From contig JBITAJ010000022.1 of the NCBI GenBank assembly GCA_044440125.1, positions 1-64,000 of the forward strand: 64,000 bases of DNA, written 5' to 3'. This DNA is from Sedimentisphaeraceae bacterium JB056. GTDB lineage: Bacteria > Planctomycetota > Phycisphaerae > Sedimentisphaerales > Sedimentisphaeraceae. The notes under the pieces are model-generated. The model did no database searches. It saw only the letters and a program-made list of their open reading frames with translations, and was not told the origin of the DNA. This document shows positions 60,112 to 64,000 of this stretch, in pieces. The translations under genes and the position numbers were made by a program. Positions within the stretch are counted from its first letter, which is position 1. Each line of letters begins with the position of its first letter.

Positions 60112-62616
60112 TTATGGCCATACACCGTTGACTATGGCAGTTAGTGTGAAATCATCAGGATCCAATACAACATGTTTTATTCTGAGCCTGTGCCAAGTGT
60201 AAACAACATGAATGAGTCCATCGCTGGATTGAATTATGGATGGATATGAATACTCACCAGGGTCATCTTCCAATATTAATGCCGCGTACCAGTCTGTACC
60301 ATTATAGCTTACTGCAATATTTAGCGGTGTCCTTGGCCCCGACCAGCTTGTCCCGGCAATGCTATGATTATAAACCAATACATGACGCCCATCACTTAAA
60401 GTTACAGCGTCAATGCCAGAGTTGTTGCTTGGCATCGTGGTCAATGAAATATTGGACCATGTTTCACCGCTGTCATATGAATATGACTGGGCTATCTTAT
60501 CTTCCATTGTTCTGAAAAGAGCTTGCAGAGTAGTGCTTGAATGGAAGAGAATAGTTGACTGTATTACACCCTCATAATCGTTGGGATTTGGATATGTATA
60601 TTTATCCCAATCATCGATATCTGCGAAATCAGCAATTACTGTTGTTATCTGCACATTATTGTCTGATGGGCATAATATTGAACCATCGGATAGCTCAACC
60701 GGCTTATTTTTGCTTGGGCCATATATACCTGAAGGCAGATCGATTGCCTGAGACCATGTGCTGCCATTATCATTTGAAGTGAGCAGTCTTCCCTTGAGTG
60801 AAGAGCCTAAAACTCCTATTTTATAGAACAGCATTAATTTGCCTGTGGAATGCTTGAAGAGCAATGGGTTGAAAAGAGTGTCGCGTTCAGGGAACAGCAT
60901 TGGTCCCTGTGCAAGCATTACCGGCTCGGACCAGCTTGTACCGTTATATTTTGTAAACCATATACCAACATCAATATGACCTTCACAAGTGCCGCCAAAC
61001 CATGCTGCTGCCAGATTACCGCTGCCAAGATCAACTATAGTCGATGCGTGACATTCAGGGTAAGGAGGGTTTGAGTATAGGAATTCACTGCTCTCATACC
61101 CATCCTGACTTTCAAGGTCGGAACTTGTGTCATAAATAGCCGTCTCAGGGTCGCACGCCCCCCTTACATCTAAAAGTCGTGCCCTGTTAGTAGTAATGGA
61201 GACATTTCTTATCTCTCCATCGAAGAATTGACCGTAGTCTCCTGATGACCTGTAAAGTCCTCCGATTGTTAATGGACCGGTAGTATTAGTAAGAGTCCCA
61301 ACATCTGGTGAACCTCTTGTCACAATTCCGTCAACAATAACCTGAGTGTTATAATATTGGAACTGATTTTCCCATGTCGCAATTACTTTATGCCATTTAC
61401 CTGTCTCAACAGAGTTTCTGCTTAAAGCTGCTCCGTAGCCGTTTGAACCGCCAAGATACAGTCCTACACGTCCTTCTGGCGACATATATAGTTGGTAGCC
61501 AGTATTGGTGGAGCCTTCTGTTTTTCTGACAAGCTGGCATTGTTTAAGTGTATCAGGTTTGAACTCAACTTCGATAGTCAGAGATTCAAAACCGTTGCCG
61601 TTATCATGGCCGGTAAGAATGTCACTGTCGTTGACTTTGAGCATTGTATTTGTTTGCGTGCTGTCTGATAGCGTGTTGTCGAAGATTAAAACACCACAAT
61701 TCTCATCTTTACTTATATCAATTGAGGTGGATTGCCACGAAAGAACGTTTGCCCTTAAACCGCATATGCTGTCATCGAGATATGTTACAGTCCCGGCATC
61801 ATAATCTGGTATATTCCATACTGCAATACTATCAAGTAAAGCATTGTTAGGAGAAACAACGTAAGTATCAACTCCGTTATAGGCAACTACCGGTTCATTG
61901 AGCATGTCATCTACAAAAATTTGATTATTTGCAATGAGCGTATTAAGTTCGGTAACTTTGTTGCCTGCTACTCTAAGAGAACCGTTTTCACCAATATTTA
62001 TAGATACGTCTTCGTTTGAACCCATGACGAGATTGTTAACTTGCAGTACTCCATTACCTGTAATTTCAACCCTAACCATGACGGATTTATTCAGATCTCC
62101 AGGCAGTACGAAGCCGCTTGTCCTGTAGACATCGCCGCCTGTATTGCTTACATACAAATATGCCTGATCGGTTATATTGAGTCGTACGACTGATTTGGAA
62201 TTTCCGGAGGCTGTCCCAATTCCCAAAGCCATTGAAGGTGTTTCAACATATGCCTTACCGCTGATATTTATTTCACAGCCTTTGTTTATATCGCTTGTGA
62301 TACAGTTAGCAACATACCAGTATCCATTGCATTTGAAGTCACCTCCGGTATAATTGACCATTGTGGATGTGTCATTATAGGTAGAGCCGTCCATAAACAG
62401 CATTCTGCTTACGGTTATATCGTCACCGTTTACAACCATCGCCACTTCGCCGTCACCTTGAATTTTCAACTGATTTGTTGTGTCAGGAAAACTTCCGTCC
62501 CAGTTATCTGGATTTGTCCACAGGTCATTGTTTCCTGAGCCTGTCCAGATATTAGCGGAAAAGGCGGGCAAAATAAATGCCGCCAAAAATAAAATAACCA
62601 ACATTTTCTTAATCAT
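60112..62616 (-). CDS. Secreted BNR_2 sialidase-like hydrolase with LamG domain and shared N-terminal module
   Basis: LamG (WHKVIATW...FFDGEI); CHASTI, AAWFGG..EG..DV.IW, Asp-boxes SNDNGSTW and SYDSGETW, GPSKNKP, RTPL, EYSYP, YTW.R. Confidence 0.85.
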   Translation of the reverse strand: MIKKMLVILFLAAFILPAFSANIWTGSGNNDLWTNPDNWDGSFPDTTNQLKIQGDGEVAMVVNGDDITVSRMLFMDGSTYNDTSTMVNYTGGDFKCNGYWYVANCITSDINKGCEINISGKAYVETPSMALGIGTASGNSKSVVRLNITDQAYLYVSNTGGDVYRTSGFVLPGDLNKSVMVRVEITGNGVLQVNNLVMGSNEDVSINIGENGSLRVAGNKVTELNTLIANNQIFVDDMLNEPVVAYNGVDTYVVSPNNALLDSIAVWNIPDYDAGTVTYLDDSICGLRANVLSWQSTSIDISKDENCGVLIFDNTLSDSTQTNTMLKVNDSDILTGHDNGNGFESLTIEVEFKPDTLKQCQLVRKTEGSTNTGYQLYMSPEGRVGLYLGGSNGYGAALSRNSVETGKWHKVIATWENQFQYYNTQVIVDGIVTRGSPDVGTLTNTTGPLTIGGLYRSSGDYGQFFDGEIRNVSITTNRARLLDVRGACDPETAIYDTSSDLESQDGYESSEFLYSNPPYPECHASTIVDLGSGNLAAAWFGGTCEGHIDVGIWFTKYNGTSWSEPVMLAQGPMLFPERDTLFNPLLFKHSTGKLMLFYKIGVLGSSLKGRLLTSNDNGSTWSQAIDLPSGIYGPSKNKPVELSDGSILCPSDNNVQITTVIADFADIDDWDKYTYPNPNDYEGVIQSTILFHSSTTLQALFRTMEDKIAQSYSYDSGETWSNISLTTMPSNNSGIDAVTLSDGRHVLVYNHSIAGTSWSGPRTPLNIAVSYNGTDWYAALILEDDPGEYSYPSIIQSSDGLIHVVYTWHRLRIKHVVLDPDDFTLTAIVNGVWP

Positions 62617-63072
62617 AGAATTACTCCTTTTAGAAAATAGAATTCACGATTTAGAGACACACTTAGTGCCGCTCACAAACTAAAAGAAACAGATCTGTTT
62701 TCAAAAGCAAAGCCAGACAGTATGTGGGATTAAGTTAAAACAACATTATATGTGTTTGTATGAAACCAAGCTCCTTATTAAAACCACAACCATGAAATGA
62801 GATTGCTCAAACTGCAGGCAAAATATAGAATATCAACTGAAATTACAATCTCACTTTTTATAATAACTGAGTGTATCAAATTAAAATAGCTGTTACAATC
62901 CCACTAATAAACTTTTCTTTAGCACAAAACAGGACTTTAACACCTTTATATCTGATTTGAAATTAACTTGGACGGCCTGCATTGAAATATTATTATTGAC
63001 CTTCTGATCGTTTTAGGCTATTGTATACTTGTGTGTTCTTAATACTTTGAGTCTATATTTTAAGAGGTTGCT

Positions 63073-63285
63073 ATGATTGAAAAATGCGTATGCTGTAACA
63101 GCAGCAGAGTAGAAAGCGGATCGCTTCAGACTACCGGCAGAGTAAGATTTCACCCTGACCACACAAAATTCCTTTCACTTAAAACTTCCGATATCAAGAT
63201 TTCAGCTTCAATGTGTCTTGATTGCGGATACATTCATCTTGTCGGTGATGTAGAAAAGGCAAATCTTCTTGTTGATGAAAGCTGA
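63073..63285 (+). CDS. Small zinc-ribbon protein
   Basis: CVCC...CLDCG pair; GAGG RBS; 11 nt upstream of the next gene. Confidence 0.7.
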   Translation: MIEKCVCCNSSRVESGSLQTTGRVRFHPDHTKFLSLKTSDIKISASMCLDCGYIHLVGDVEKANLLVDES

Positions 63286-63296
63286 TTCTTTACGAC

Positions 63297-64000
63297 ATGA
63301 AAATTCTTGCTATCGAACCATACTACGACGGCAGTCACAAGGCATTTATCGACGACTTTATTGATAGAAGTCGACACAACTGGACATTGCTCACTATGCC
63401 CGCCAGAAAATGGAAGTGGCGTATGAGAGGATCTGCAATTGAATTCGCCAAACAAGCCAATGAATTAACTGCTATGGGGCAAAAATTCGATGCTGTATTT
63501 GCCACTGACATGATGAGCCTGACCGACTTTACCGCATTGCTTGCCCCTGAACTTGTAAATACACCTAAAGTACTCTACTTCCATGAAAATCAAATAACTT
63601 ACCCCTGTCAGGTTGAAGACAAAAGAGATTATCATTACGGCCTGACCAATATAATAAGTGCTCATTCAGCAAACAGTGTCTGGTTCAATTCACTGTATCA
63701 TAAAAGAGATTTCCTCAATGGAGCAGCAAAGATACTTAAAAAGATGCCTGACTTCAACTGCATCGATATCATACAGGATATAGACCAAAAATCCACAGTT
63801 GTGACTCAATGCATAAACGAAACAAAATCAAAGCTTCCGCTTCAGCAAGGTCCGTTGAAAATAGTATGGTCGGCAAGATGGGAACATGATAAAAATCCTG
63901 AAGACTTCTTTGCGGCCATAGCTGAATTGAAGAAAAGAGGCGTCGATTTCAGACTAAGCGTTACCGGGCAAAGCTTCAGAGAAGCTCCTGCAATATTTGA
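63297..64000 (+). CDS. DUF3524 / GTDC1(QTMAN)-like GT-B glycosyltransferase, partial (runs off the window; absent from ORF track)
   Basis: Manual translation MKILAIEPYYDGSHKAF...PARKWKWRMRGSA...YFHENQITYP...WSARWEHDKNPEDFF. Confidence 0.88.
   Translation, partial: MKILAIEPYYDGSHKAFIDDFIDRSRHNWTLLTMPARKWKWRMRGSAIEFAKQANELTAMGQKFDAVFATDMMSLTDFTALLAPELVNTPKVLYFHENQITYPCQVEDKRDYHYGLTNIISAHSANSVWFNSLYHKRDFLNGAAKILKKMPDFNCIDIIQDIDQKSTVVTQCINETKSKLPLQQGPLKIVWSARWEHDKNPEDFFAAIAELKKRGVDFRLSVTGQSFREAPAIF

Noticed and set aside
58524..62616. Possible diversity-generating retroelement template/variable repeat
   Set aside because: The similarity is protein-level across two coding N-termini, differences are not confined to adenines, and no reverse transcriptase is present.
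1..64000. CRISPR arrays, tRNA/rRNA genes, prophage, inteins, recoded stop codons
   Set aside because: No spaced direct repeats, cloverleaf or rRNA signatures, phage genes, insertions in dnaE, or conserved in-frame read-through were seen.

Overview
AT-rich bacterial chromosome segment made mostly of housekeeping and glycan-related genes. The dockerin-tailed GLUG protein, DUF1570 protein, short UvrC, anaerobic sulfatase maturase and [FeFe]-hydrogenase suggest an anaerobic fermentative Planctomycete, probably Phycisphaerae/Sedimentisphaerales-like (inference). The window opens with the right end of an IS66-family element. It then carries anSME, manA, a giant GLUG/dockerin protein, a GH78-like enzyme, dnaE, a parvulin, TatD, an SMC/Rad50-like protein with degenerate ATPase motifs, pgi, nadA and rluD. 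Next come a SpoIVB-like peptidase/beta-propeller pair, a rex-hydB-hydA-hydC hydrogenase cluster, a TRAP transporter, rhomboid, menA-like, queG, ahcY, rfaD, an orphan DNA methyltransferase, an RND pump, uvrC, hemW and murA. It ends with two secreted proteins sharing a duplicated N-terminal module (one a BNR_2 sialidase-like enzyme) and a truncated DUF3524 glycosyltransferase. No CRISPR array, rRNA or tRNA was seen. Top novel candidates: (1) a structured intergenic RNA at ~34860-35020 displaying a 30-nt CCUCC-rich anti-Shine-Dalgarno-like loop; (2) an intact-frame Rad50/SMC-like pseudo-ATPase that keeps its zinc hook; (3) a circularly permuted SpoIVB-type protease with a secreted partner; (4) an HndB-HndC fusion in the hydrogenase. 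All assignments come from motif recognition by eye; no searches were run.
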